A DNA stretch of 64,000 nt from Dehalococcoidia bacterium (GTDB taxonomy: Bacteria; Chloroflexota; Dehalococcoidia; Lucifugimonadales; UBA3495), in NCBI GenBank assembly GCA_965218875.1, contig CBDCMJ010000001.1:2840-66839 (forward strand). The letters are read 5' to 3'. This document shows, in pieces, positions 26,804-35,471 of this stretch. Every line of letters starts with the position of its first letter. The stretch's first letter is position 1. Position numbers and translations under genes: made by a program. A model generated the notes under the pieces. The model worked only from the letters and a program-made list of their open reading frames with translations, was not told the DNA's origin and searched no databases.

Positions 26804-27871
26804 CCGGCGCCGGCGCCGGGGTGAATCTCGGTGGTGCTTCATTGCCGCACCATTGCGGCTTCTTTGTTGCTTCATCTGGGCTGCTCACCGGCAAGTGATT
26901 GGGTTGACGATGCCAGATTTCGCCGAAAACCCCTTGCCGGAGGCTTTGCCGGGACCGGATACTAATTGGCGTTGTCAGGCTTTTTCCAGCGTTTCCCGCC
27001 CTAGAAACCTGGAGGGTCCCGTCCCTGGACCCGGGATCGGACGCATAGGATCGAGCATAGCTCTCCGAACGTCCGCCCATGTTGGACTGGCCGCATAGAG
27101 TTGAGCCTAGCTCCTCGAACGGTCGCCCACGAGGGAATTGCTGATGGGCTGGCGTGATTGAACGTCTCTCCCGAAGCAGGTAGACCCAACTCATCGAAGT
27201 GCAGGTGCGCTTCACCCGGAACACCAACCCAACGGCGTAACCCCTGACCCACGGACTGAACATCAAGGAGGTGGCAACCGGACAACAACGGCGTCCCGGA
27301 ATCCCTTTCCACGGTGGTACTCCAACCCCAAGGCCCATTCTAGTTTGCAAGGAGGTGGCAACCGGAGTAACAACGGCGTCCCGGAATCCCATTCCACGGC
27401 GGACCCCGAACCCACGGCAATCCCACTGACAGGAGGTGTCAGCTAGACCCAGCACGGTTTCTCCGGCGTCCCTTACCCCTTCGGCATCACCGGCGGAGCG
27501 GCTGACCTGCTTCGTCATCCCCACAATGCGGTTGGAGCGTGGATAACGCACCGGCCGCTTCAACACGACTGCGGCGTAGCTACTGAACAAGGGTAGCGGC
27601 ACCGCAGATTCAGCGCGCTCCGGTCGGCCAGCGGCGACAGACCGGACGCTTATCGTTCCAGTTCCAGCGCAGACTCCGTTGACCGGACTGCGTTCCTCTT
27701 GATTTCCCCTCACTTAGCAGCATCCCAGGCATAAGACCCTGGCCGGGCTGCGTCCTTCTCCAACCCCCAACCTGCGTTCTCCGTTGCGGTGTCTGACCCA
27801 GGGCGGAGTGCGTCCGGCGCCGGGCGTTGACCCTGTTTCCCAACGACGTTCGCAAACATAAGGAGGTGCTT
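26804..27871 (+). other. Conserved non-coding, repeat- and hairpin-rich region (candidate oriT, ssDNA promoter or structured RNA), ICE copy A
   Basis: It is homologous to 54224-55495 in inverse orientation, with indels that break every reading frame. It contains a 65-nt block identical in both copies (26972-27036) and 51/52-nt direct repeats (27264-27314, 27348-27399). The hairpin at 27569-27607 carries a compensatory change. Confidence 0.6.
27264..27399 (+). repeat. Two 51/52-nt direct repeats, 84 nt apart, each starting CAAGGAGGTGGCAACCGGA
   Basis: CAAGGAGGTGGCAACCGGA(C/GT)AACAACGGCGTCCCGGAATCCC(T/A)TTCCACGG occurs at 27264-27314 and 27348-27399. Neither has a plausible start codon or ORF after the SD-like AAGGAGGTG. 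Confidence 0.7.
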
Positions 27872-28177
27872 ATGCGCATCAGGGACAGACTCGTTCAAAT
27901 CAAAGCCGTCGCGGTGGCGGTTGGCAGCTTCATCAGCCGGCACAAGCGGGCGTCGATTGCGGTTGGCGTAGCGTTGCTCATCGCCGGGCCGCTGCTCACG
28001 GGGACCGGCGGCGAGACCTTTTTCCTCAACCTGGTGGGCCTCGGCATCGTCGCCCTCGTCGTCCGGCGGATTGTGCGGGCCAACGAGAGGCGGCAGGCGG
28101 CGCAGGCCCGGCAGGCCAATTGCCGGTGCCGGTGTCATAGGCAGCAGCAAACTCAGCAACAAGGAGGCACTCCATGA
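27872..28177 (+). CDS. Small membrane protein (ICE-conserved)
   Basis: An AAGGAGGTG ribosome-binding site is present. MRIRDRLVQIKAVAVAVGSFISRHKRASIAVGVALLIAGPLL parallels MRITERLNQLKTTAVAVGGFIGGHRRLFIAVAAVLLIGGPL at 54044-54223. Confidence 0.6.
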   Translation: MRIRDRLVQIKAVAVAVGSFISRHKRASIAVGVALLIAGPLLTGTGGETFFLNLVGLGIVALVVRRIVRANERRQAAQARQANCRCRCHRQQQTQQQGGTP

Positions 28178-28644
28178 CCACGATTACCCTGGATTTCCCT
28201 GCTTCTACAGGCAGTCTCGAAGAACTGGTGGACCGGCTCCTGGCGGCCCTGTTCTCTCCCGATTCAGAGCAACTGGACCCGGCGCCCACTCGCAACCTGG
28301 TCAAGACGGTCCACGAGGCCCGGCGGTTGCGGCAGTCCGGCGACCTGGACGGCGCTCTGGCGGCGATGGCCGATGTTGACGACTCCAGCGCCACAGACAG
28401 CCAACTCCGGTGGCTCTACGCCGAGTGGCTGGACGTGGCCCGTCGCCGGTTCGCTGGGGACAACGCGGCGCTCTACAGCCCCGGCACCGGCAGGGCGGCA
28501 GTGCTGGTGCCACAGGACGAGGACGGCGCCACACTGGAAGTCGCGGCGGTCCTGGGGATGCGCTGGCCGGTGGGCAAGACGGTCTCCAGGCGCAGCCTGC
28601 GGGGTCTGAATCCGCTGGCGAAAGGGGGCGCGTCATGGTCGTAG
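28174..28644 (+). CDS. Hypothetical protein
   Basis: An ATGA overlap with the upstream gene indicates translational coupling. The composition looks coding. I recognise no motif. Confidence 0.45.
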   Translation: MTTITLDFPASTGSLEELVDRLLAALFSPDSEQLDPAPTRNLVKTVHEARRLRQSGDLDGALAAMADVDDSSATDSQLRWLYAEWLDVARRRFAGDNAALYSPGTGRAAVLVPQDEDGATLEVAAVLGMRWPVGKTVSRRSLRGLNPLAKGGASWS

Positions 28645-29688
28645 CCAACGCCACGGTGGACATCGCGGAACTCAAGGCCCGCCACCCCCTGGGCGACGCG
28701 GTGGAGGCCGCCGGTGTCGTTCTGCGGGGCAAGGGCCGGGTCAGGCAGGGCGTCTGCCCCTTTCACGAGGAAGCCGAGGGCAGCTTCACGGTGTACGCCG
28801 ACACGGAAAAGTTCTACTGCTTCGGTTGCGGGTCCCGGCGGCGACGTGCTGGACTTCGTGCAACGGATGGAGGGCCTGAGCCTGCCCGAGGCGATACGGC
28901 GGCTGGACGGCGGTTCCCCGCCGGTTACGGCCGCTGCGGTTCGTCCGGCGGCAGCTCGTCAACCCGCTGCGCCTGCGATTCCTCCCCGCGATCCGGCGCT
29001 GCTGACGGCGGCGGTACGTTTCTACACCGGCCAATTGCGGCGCAACATCAGGGCCAGAGAGTACCTGGCCTCGCGGGGCATTGGCCTGGAAGCTGCCGCA
29101 AGGCTGGGCCTGGGCTACGCACCGGGGCGCGGCCTGCGGGCTTATCTGGAATCTGCCGGATACGGCGAAGACCGGATACGCGCCTCGGGGCTGTTCCTGG
29201 AACGGGGCGCAGAGCGGTTCGCTGGAATGATTGCCGTCCCCGACATCGCCTCGGGCCGGGTGGGCTGGCTCACCGGGCGGGCGGTTGATGCGGGCGCAAC
29301 GCCCCGCTTCCAGGCGGTGCCCGGCCCCAAACCGGTGCTGGGGTTGGCCCGTATCGGCCCGGCGCCCCCCTTCGCAATCCTGGCCGAAGGGGTCTTCGAC
29401 TACCTGACGCTGGCGGCCTGGGGCTACCCCGCCTGCGCCGCCCTGGGCACCCAGGGGCTGGACAAGGTGGCGGCGGCGCTCCGGGGCTGCCCAAGAGTCT
29501 TCCTGGCCTTCGACAACGACGGCGCCGGTGTGGCTGCCGCCGAGGGTCTCTGGGGACTGCTGGGCCGCCGCGCCGCCGTGGTCAACATGCCCCAGGGCAT
29601 CGCCGACGTGGGCGAACTGGCGACGCTGCGCCACGGTCAACTCATCTTCCGCCGACTGCTGGCAAGGGCGGCGCACAACGCCCGCTAG
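28635..29688 (+). pseudogene. DnaG-like primase (CHC2 zinc finger plus Toprim) with a +1 frameshift near 28832
   Basis: CPFHEEAEGSFTVYADTEKFYCFGCG lies in one frame and GGDVLDFVQRMEGLSLPEAIRRL.. plus the Toprim-like ..AILAEGVFDYL..FLAFDNDGAG in the next. An extra C in TCCCGGCGGC accounts for the shift. Confidence 0.75.
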
Positions 29689-29895
29689 TCCACTCCCTCT
29701 CCCCCAACCCTCTCCTCTACCGGCCCGCCTTCCCCGGCGGGCCTTCGCGTTTTCAACCACTCTCCTACTGATCCCCTTGGGCTACACCTGCCCATCTCCC
29801 GACGGGGCCTCCCGCCCCGCCGACGGCTTCCAGTGCCGGAAGCCGCACGAACGCCCATCACCCACGGAATTACAACTTCTGCAAGGAGATACGTC

Positions 29896-30777
29896 ATGTC
29901 CAACGAGAACGGCAACGGCAACCACCGCAACGGCGCGAACAACAACGGGCACCAGCGCAACGGCCAGGTCAACGGCAGCGCGAACAGCCACCAGAACGGC
30001 AACGCCAACCACGACATCCCCGCCAACGGCGTGTCCAAGAACGGCAGCAACAACGGCAACGGGCACCAGCCCGCCGACTCCATTCCCGCCCACGACCTCC
30101 TCTGGGACTCCCTGCCCGCCAGCGTCACCGAGAAGCTGGCCCGGCCCCTGGACGCCAGCCTGGTCTCCCAGCGCAGGGGCCGGGGCAACCGGAGTTTCAG
30201 CTACGTCGAGGGCCGCACCGCCATCGACCAGGCCAACCGCATCTTCGGGTTCGGCGGCTGGGGCCACGAGGTGGTGGGCGACGTGCTGCTCAGGGAGCTG
30301 GACCAGGTGAACACCCAGACCGGCGAGGTCAAGCGCATCCGGGCCTACTCCGCCACGGTGAAGGTCACCGTCCCCGGCGCGCCGCCCCGCACCGACGTGG
30401 GTTTCCAGCCGGTCTCCGACGAGACCGCCGAGGGGCATGAGACTGCGTTCAAGGGCGCGGTCACGGACGCTCTCAAGCGGGCGCTCAGGACCTTCGGCGC
30501 CCAGTTCGGCAACGCGCTCTACGGCGACGTGGCAGGCCAGCCCGCCGGCGGCGCCGGCGACACGCTGGCCCCGGCCCTGCGCAAGACCCTGCTGGACCTG
30601 GGGGTCAGCCAGGGCTTCGACGAGGAGAGGGTGCGCCAAGCGGTGCGGGGGCAGACGGGCAAAGACCTGGACGAGCTGCCCGCCTCGGAGCTCACGCCCC
30701 TGGTGGAGCGGGCCGCCCGTAAGGTGCAGCAGCGGCAGGATGCGGAGGCGGGTCAGAACAGCGGCGCCGAACAGTAG
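29896..30777 (+). CDS. Rad52/Rad22-type single-strand annealing protein
   Basis: RSFSYVEGRTAIDQANRIFGFGGWGHEV..KRIRAYSATVKV..GHETAFKGAVTDALKRALRTFG is the Rad52/22 core. The N-terminus is a low-complexity NG-rich segment. An AAGGAG ribosome-binding site is present. Confidence 0.75.
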   Translation: MSNENGNGNHRNGANNNGHQRNGQVNGSANSHQNGNANHDIPANGVSKNGSNNGNGHQPADSIPAHDLLWDSLPASVTEKLARPLDASLVSQRRGRGNRSFSYVEGRTAIDQANRIFGFGGWGHEVVGDVLLRELDQVNTQTGEVKRIRAYSATVKVTVPGAPPRTDVGFQPVSDETAEGHETAFKGAVTDALKRALRTFGAQFGNALYGDVAGQPAGGAGDTLAPALRKTLLDLGVSQGFDEERVRQAVRGQTGKDLDELPASELTPLVERAARKVQQRQDAEAGQNSGAEQ

Positions 30778-30883
30778 ACCTTCCGGCTAACTGGCAACCA
30801 ACCAGGCAATGGGGCCGTTCCCTGACAACAGGGGCGGCCCCGCTTCTCATCTACCGGACCAAACAACACAAGGAGGAAACGAC

Positions 30884-31204
30884 ATGACCGGAACCAGGAT
30901 GCACACCCCCTGGGGCTACCCCCAGGACATCGAGGAACTGGCCGAAGGGGTCTGGCGGGTCTCCACCGCCGGCCACGGCGGGTTGAAGCTGAGCCGGGAG
31001 CGGTGGAAGGAACTGCCCGACTTGGTCAGGGACTCCTTCCTCAACCCGACCTACGCGGAAGAGGACTGCGAGGAACCCATCGCCAGGACGCTGCTGGGCA
31101 TCGGCGACGAAAGGGAGCGGGAGTTCGCCATCAGGGTGGCGAACTGCTTCCAGCGGTACGCACCGGCGCTGCCCTACCTGCAAGAACAGAGAGGTGCGAA
31201 ATGA
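30884..31204 (+). CDS. Small conserved ICE/plasmid protein (HTPWG..STAGHGG motif, DUF7007-like)
   Basis: MHTPWGYPQDIEELAEGVWRVSTAGHGGLKLSRERW. An AAGGAGGAAA ribosome-binding site is present. Confidence 0.5.
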   Translation: MTGTRMHTPWGYPQDIEELAEGVWRVSTAGHGGLKLSRERWKELPDLVRDSFLNPTYAEEDCEEPIARTLLGIGDEREREFAIRVANCFQRYAPALPYLQEQRGAK

Positions 31205-31602
31205 CCAACGTTACGACCCGCCCCAGGCCCCGCAGCCTGCCCAGCGTTACGACCAAGCTGGCAACGGAACTGGGCAACCTCTACGTAACCGTCTGCCTGG
31301 ACGAGGACGGAAACCCCTTCGAGGTCTTCGGCTCTCTCGGCAAGGCCGGAAGCCTCCAGCACGGGGTCACGGAGCTCGCCTGCCGCCTGGTCTCCCTGCA
31401 CCTGCGGCGGGGCACTCCCATCGACGAAATCGTGGACCAGTGCCAGGGCATCAGCGAAATGCAGCCCTGGCCCAACGTGATGGAGGACGGCAGCACGGTG
31501 TACGTGCGCGGCCTCGGCGACGGCATCGCCCTCATCCTGCGGGGCCACCTGGAAGCACGGGACGAGGTGGAAATGGCAGACCTCAAGCTGGCCGCCGACT
31601 GA
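31201..31602 (+). CDS. TSCPD-like domain protein (resembles the class II ribonucleotide reductase C-terminal domain)
   Basis: LGNLYVTVCLDEDGNPFEVFGSLGKAGSLQHGVTELACRLVSLHLRRGTPIDEIVDQCQGI. It shares an ATGA overlap with the upstream gene. Confidence 0.45.
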   Translation: MTNVTTRPRPRSLPSVTTKLATELGNLYVTVCLDEDGNPFEVFGSLGKAGSLQHGVTELACRLVSLHLRRGTPIDEIVDQCQGISEMQPWPNVMEDGSTVYVRGLGDGIALILRGHLEARDEVEMADLKLAAD

Positions 31603-31701
31603 CCGCCGAACCCGACCTGCCAAGGCGCACGGGGCCGTCTCCCACGGGGAGCGGCCCCGCTCTCATTTACCCAACACAGACATGACGGAGGAAGGACAAC
31701 C

Positions 31702-32760
31702 ATGACGACGACCATTGACAGCAAGACGGACGTCTACTCGCGGCCCAACGCCCGCTTCGGCGAGGACGGGACCCTGGAGATCCGGGCCTCGGCGGTGGGC
31801 AACTGCCGCCGCGCCCTCTGGTACGAGGCCAACCAGTACCCGGTCACCAACGCGCGCACCGAGGAGTCCCTGACCGTCCTGGAGGCGGGCAACGCCCTGG
31901 AGCCGGTGGTGCTCCGGGCCATGCGGCGGGCCGGTTGGGAGATTGACGCCACTGACCGGGACAACCCTGAAATGATGTCCCTGCGCCTCGGCCCGACGCT
32001 GGTGGTCACGGGCCACGTGGACGCCACCGGCGTCGTCCCCATCTTCGGCGATGAACCCAGCGTCATCGAGATCAAGACCCGGGGGCCGGAAGCCTACAAG
32101 CGGTGGTGGAAGTTGGGCGCGGAGCGCAGCCACCCGGAGTCGGTGGCCCAGGCCGCCTTCTACTCCTACGGGACCTTCGGCGAGGCGCGGGACGTGGTGA
32201 TTGCCACCATGGACACCGGCTCCAGGCAGTGGGATTTCGAGGTGATTCCGGCGGAGCGGGTCGCCACCGCCTTCCACCGGGCCTGCGAGCGGCTGGGGAC
32301 CATCGGCGCCCACCGCCTGCTGCACGGGCGGGACTCGCAGGCCCTGCCGGAGCGGGACTTCACCGCCGACGACTGGCAGTGCCAACGCTGCCCCTTCCTG
32401 AACACCTGCCTGCCGGGGTCGGCGGCGGTCGAGGAGCCGGAGGACGAACCCGCCGCGGATACGGAGCCGGTGACCGACGACGAGGCGCAGGCGGCGCTGC
32501 GGGAGTACGAGAACGCCCAGGAGATGCTGAAGGCCATCGAAGAGGACAAGCAGTGGGCCTTGGGTATGCTGCGGGGCTGGCTCAAGCAGCAGGGCAAGGA
32601 CAAGGCCAAGCTGGAGGGCCGGGAGAAGACCCGCACCGTGGGGATGGTCAAGTCCACCCGCTACAACGTCGATCACAAGAGGCTGAACGCGCTGCTGGAG
32701 CCGGAAAACAGGGCGACCATCGTCACCGAGAACGTCTCCGAGTACCTGCGGGTCAGCTAG
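31702..32760 (+). CDS. PD-(D/E)XK nuclease (YqaJ/Cas4-like exonuclease)
   Basis: ..GHVDATGV..SVIEIKTRG gives the D..ExK motif. The CQRCPFLNTC cysteine cluster follows, then an acidic linker. It is adjacent to the annealase and SSB genes. Confidence 0.6.
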   Translation: MTTTIDSKTDVYSRPNARFGEDGTLEIRASAVGNCRRALWYEANQYPVTNARTEESLTVLEAGNALEPVVLRAMRRAGWEIDATDRDNPEMMSLRLGPTLVVTGHVDATGVVPIFGDEPSVIEIKTRGPEAYKRWWKLGAERSHPESVAQAAFYSYGTFGEARDVVIATMDTGSRQWDFEVIPAERVATAFHRACERLGTIGAHRLLHGRDSQALPERDFTADDWQCQRCPFLNTCLPGSAAVEEPEDEPAADTEPVTDDEAQAALREYENAQEMLKAIEEDKQWALGMLRGWLKQQGKDKAKLEGREKTRTVGMVKSTRYNVDHKRLNALLEPENRATIVTENVSEYLRVS

Positions 32761-32874
32761 GACAACCCTGACGCTCCCCTGCGGAGCGCAAACGGGGCCG
32801 CTCTCCAATACCGGAAGGCGGCCCCGCTATTCATTCGGGAAACTATCAATCACACCTGACACGGAGGAACGATC

Positions 32875-33342
32875 ATGGCGAAGAGCATCAACAAGGTGGA
32901 ACTGCTGGGCCGTGTGGGCGCGGACCCTGAGATGAAGTACACGGCGTCCGGCATCGCCGTCACCCAGCTGCGCCTGGCCACCGACCGGGTGCGCAAGGGC
33001 GGCGAGTCCGAGACCGACTGGCACAGCATCGTGGTGTGGGACAAGCTCGCCGAAGCCTGCGCCAACTACGTGGAGAAGGGCCAGCGGCTCTACGTCGCGG
33101 GCCGCCTGGCGCAGAACTCCTGGACCGGCGACGACGGGCAGCGGCGCTACCGCACCGAGATCCACGCCCAGGAGGTGGTGTTCCTGGACTCCGCCCGCAA
33201 CGGCGGCGGCGGCAACCACTCCGGCAACGGCTCTGCCAACGGGGTCAACGCCGGCGCCAACCACCAGGCCAACGCCGGAAACGCCAACGGAATCGACACT
33301 GGCGGTGGTTACCAGCCCGGCGACGAGGACTCTCCCTTCTGA
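32875..33342 (+). CDS. ssb: Single-stranded DNA-binding protein
   Basis: INKVELLGRVGADPEMKYTASGIAVTQLRLATDR..WHSIVVWDKLAE..YVAGRLAQNSW, a Gly/Asn-rich linker, and an acidic tip DEDSPF. Confidence 0.9.
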   Translation: MAKSINKVELLGRVGADPEMKYTASGIAVTQLRLATDRVRKGGESETDWHSIVVWDKLAEACANYVEKGQRLYVAGRLAQNSWTGDDGQRRYRTEIHAQEVVFLDSARNGGGGNHSGNGSANGVNAGANHQANAGNANGIDTGGGYQPGDEDSPF

Positions 33343-33448
33343 CCGGACATCCGAACACCGACGCCCTCCCAAAGGCGCACGACGGGGCCACTCCCAATCA
33401 CGGGAGCGGCCCCGCTTCCGTTTCCAGACGAATCCGAAGGAGTCAACC

Positions 33449-34009
33449 ATGCCCCGCAAGAAGCAAGCCAAGCAAGAGGAAATGCCCCTGTCCATCCCCG
33501 GACCCGCCGCTCCCGCCACCCCTGAGGGCCAGGCCGTGCTGGAAGCCCTGCGCTCCAACTTGGCCCTGCTGGGGGAGCTGGCGGCCCGCTACGACGTGGC
33601 CTTCCAGACGGAGCGCCCCGCCGACAGGCCGCAGATCAACTGTCCCCAGGATGTCCACACCCTGCTGGCCCCGGAGATGGGCGCCCTGGCCCAGGAGCAG
33701 CTCAGGGTGCTGCTGCTCAACACCCGCAACCAGGTGATGGGCCAGCGGGTCGTCTACCAGGGCAACGTCAACAGCTCTATCGTCCGGCCCGCCGAGGTGC
33801 TGCGCGCCGCCGTCATCGAGTCGGCGCCCAGCATCATCATCGCCCACAACCATCCCAGCGGCGATCCGACGCCCAGTCCCGAGGACGTGTCCATCACCCG
33901 CGACCTGGTCCAGGGCGGAAAGCTGCTGGGCATCGACCTGCTGGACCACGTCGTCATCGGCGGCGACCGGTGGGTCAGCCTCAAGGAACGGAAGCTGATG
34001 GACGACTAG
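33449..34009 (+). CDS. radC: RadC-like JAB/MPN domain protein
   Basis: HNHPSGDPTPSPEDVSITRDLVQGGKLLGIDLLDHVVIG is the JAMM signature. Confidence 0.85.
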   Translation: MPRKKQAKQEEMPLSIPGPAAPATPEGQAVLEALRSNLALLGELAARYDVAFQTERPADRPQINCPQDVHTLLAPEMGALAQEQLRVLLLNTRNQVMGQRVVYQGNVNSSIVRPAEVLRAAVIESAPSIIIAHNHPSGDPTPSPEDVSITRDLVQGGKLLGIDLLDHVVIGGDRWVSLKERKLMDD

Positions 34010-34105
34010 CCGTCGCTTCCACAGAGACCGGCGGAGCGGCGCCGGTCCTCACGGGGGAAAGCACTCCCCCGCTCCCTGCCCATTCACACCTACAGGAGGC
34101 AACCC

Positions 34106-34780
34106 ATGATTCCCACGCAACCCGTCCAGAGCGGCGAGGGCCTCTACACCATCAGCGCCGGAGGCTACTCGGCAACCGCCGACGCCTTCGCCCGCGACCC
34201 GGACACCGGCGGCCTCTGGTTCCTCTCCATGGTGGGGCCGCAGACCGCCCTCAAGGCCATCTGGGCCTCCCTGCTCAAGCAGCCCCCGGACACCGCCTAC
34301 ATCATCAAGGGCGTGGAGGGCATGGCCCTCTCCGGCGGCTACCAGCGGTGCCAGGTCCCCCATCACACCGTCGGCACCTGGACCACACGCATCGCGCGGC
34401 TGCCCGCCAGCCGGGGCTGGCACGCATTGGTCTACACGCGCCTGGCCGAGTTTTCTTTCGAGCGGGACGACTTCTTGCTGCTGGCCCAGGAACAGGCCGA
34501 CGCCCCAACGCTGCACCACCGCTTCCTGGACCGGCGCAGCCCCCTGCCCCTGCACCGCTCCTGGCGGGACTGGCTCTGGCGGCGGGGACTGGACACCGGC
34601 GAGACCGTCCCCCTGGAGTCCGCCGGGCTGCTGGCCTACACCTGCAATCCCAAGGGGGAGGAACTCAAGGCCGACCTGTCGGCGGCGGTTGCGGCGGGGA
34701 CGCTGACCCTCAACCCCGACGGCGGCGATCACAACGATGACACCAATGACACCAATAAGGAGGAAGACAGCGATGGATAG
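34106..34780 (+). CDS. Hypothetical protein (224 aa)
   Basis: The ORF has coding-like composition and an acidic, low-complexity tail. I recognise no motif. Confidence 0.45.
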   Translation: MIPTQPVQSGEGLYTISAGGYSATADAFARDPDTGGLWFLSMVGPQTALKAIWASLLKQPPDTAYIIKGVEGMALSGGYQRCQVPHHTVGTWTTRIARLPASRGWHALVYTRLAEFSFERDDFLLLAQEQADAPTLHHRFLDRRSPLPLHRSWRDWLWRRGLDTGETVPLESAGLLAYTCNPKGEELKADLSAAVAAGTLTLNPDGGDHNDDTNDTNKEEDSDG

Positions 34781-35183
34781 GACGCTGAACCCGGTGAAGC
34801 GGGGCAACAAGCGCCGCCGCGCCCGCAACTGGAAGGCCTGGCAGCTCTTCTCCCCGGACGGCGACAGGTGCCGCTTCTGCGAGCATGACCACACGACCCA
34901 CCTGACAAGCTCAGGGCAGCCCCATTTCTACCAGCCCGCCGCCGAGGAGGACTGGCGGAACTCCAACGAGAAGCTCTACCGCCACGAGCTGGAGGACGGT
35001 TCCGAGGTGCTGGTCAAGCGCGTCACCGTCGCCAGCCGCGCCGAGCTGCTCACCGCCTTCTGCACCGCCTGCGCCGCCGACAAGGACACCTCGCAAGTGC
35101 TCTGCTTCCAGCGGAATCTGGCCAAGGGCGAGGTGGTGGGCCTGAAACACCACGTCAACGGCAACCACAACGACGGGAGGTAG
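34773..35183 (+). CDS. Hypothetical Cys/His-containing protein
   Basis: An AGGAGGAAG ribosome-binding site is present. It has a basic N-terminus and the pairs CRFCEHDH and C..C. Confidence 0.4.
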   Translation: MDRTLNPVKRGNKRRRARNWKAWQLFSPDGDRCRFCEHDHTTHLTSSGQPHFYQPAAEEDWRNSNEKLYRHELEDGSEVLVKRVTVASRAELLTAFCTACAADKDTSQVLCFQRNLAKGEVVGLKHHVNGNHNDGR

Positions 35184-35187
35184 CATC

Positions 35188-35457
35188 ATGGCCGGCAAGC
35201 AGACCCTGTACTTTCCCTGCCCCGGCTGCGGGGCGCGGTTCGCCCAGGTGGAGGAGACCGACGAGGACATCCACGCCGGGGAGACCTACCACTGCACCGA
35301 GTGCGGCGCGGCGGTGGTCTTCGTGGCCCTGAACATGGAGATGCTGGCCGACCCCGCCGTCATCCGGTGGGGCTGCCACTTCTGCAAGCCTGGTCCCTGC
35401 CGGTTGGCTCCGTCCAGCAGCGGGGCCGATGATTCACCCGACGCCGATACCAATTAG
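35188..35457 (+). CDS. Small zinc-ribbon protein
   Basis: CPGCGARF..YHCTECGAAV gives two CxxC pairs. Confidence 0.45.
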   Translation: MAGKQTLYFPCPGCGARFAQVEETDEDIHAGETYHCTECGAAVVFVALNMEMLADPAVIRWGCHFCKPGPCRLAPSSSGADDSPDADTN

Positions 35458-35471
35458 AAAGGAGGACCGAC

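Noticed and set aside
26778-27713. 311-aa minus-strand ORF, and its counterpart 54033-54989 (318 aa), covering the conserved non-coding region.
   Set aside because: The two homologous regions align at the DNA level, but the translations fall out of register after short stretches because the indels are not multiples of three. The composition is odd and there is no ribosome-binding site. I treat the region as non-coding.
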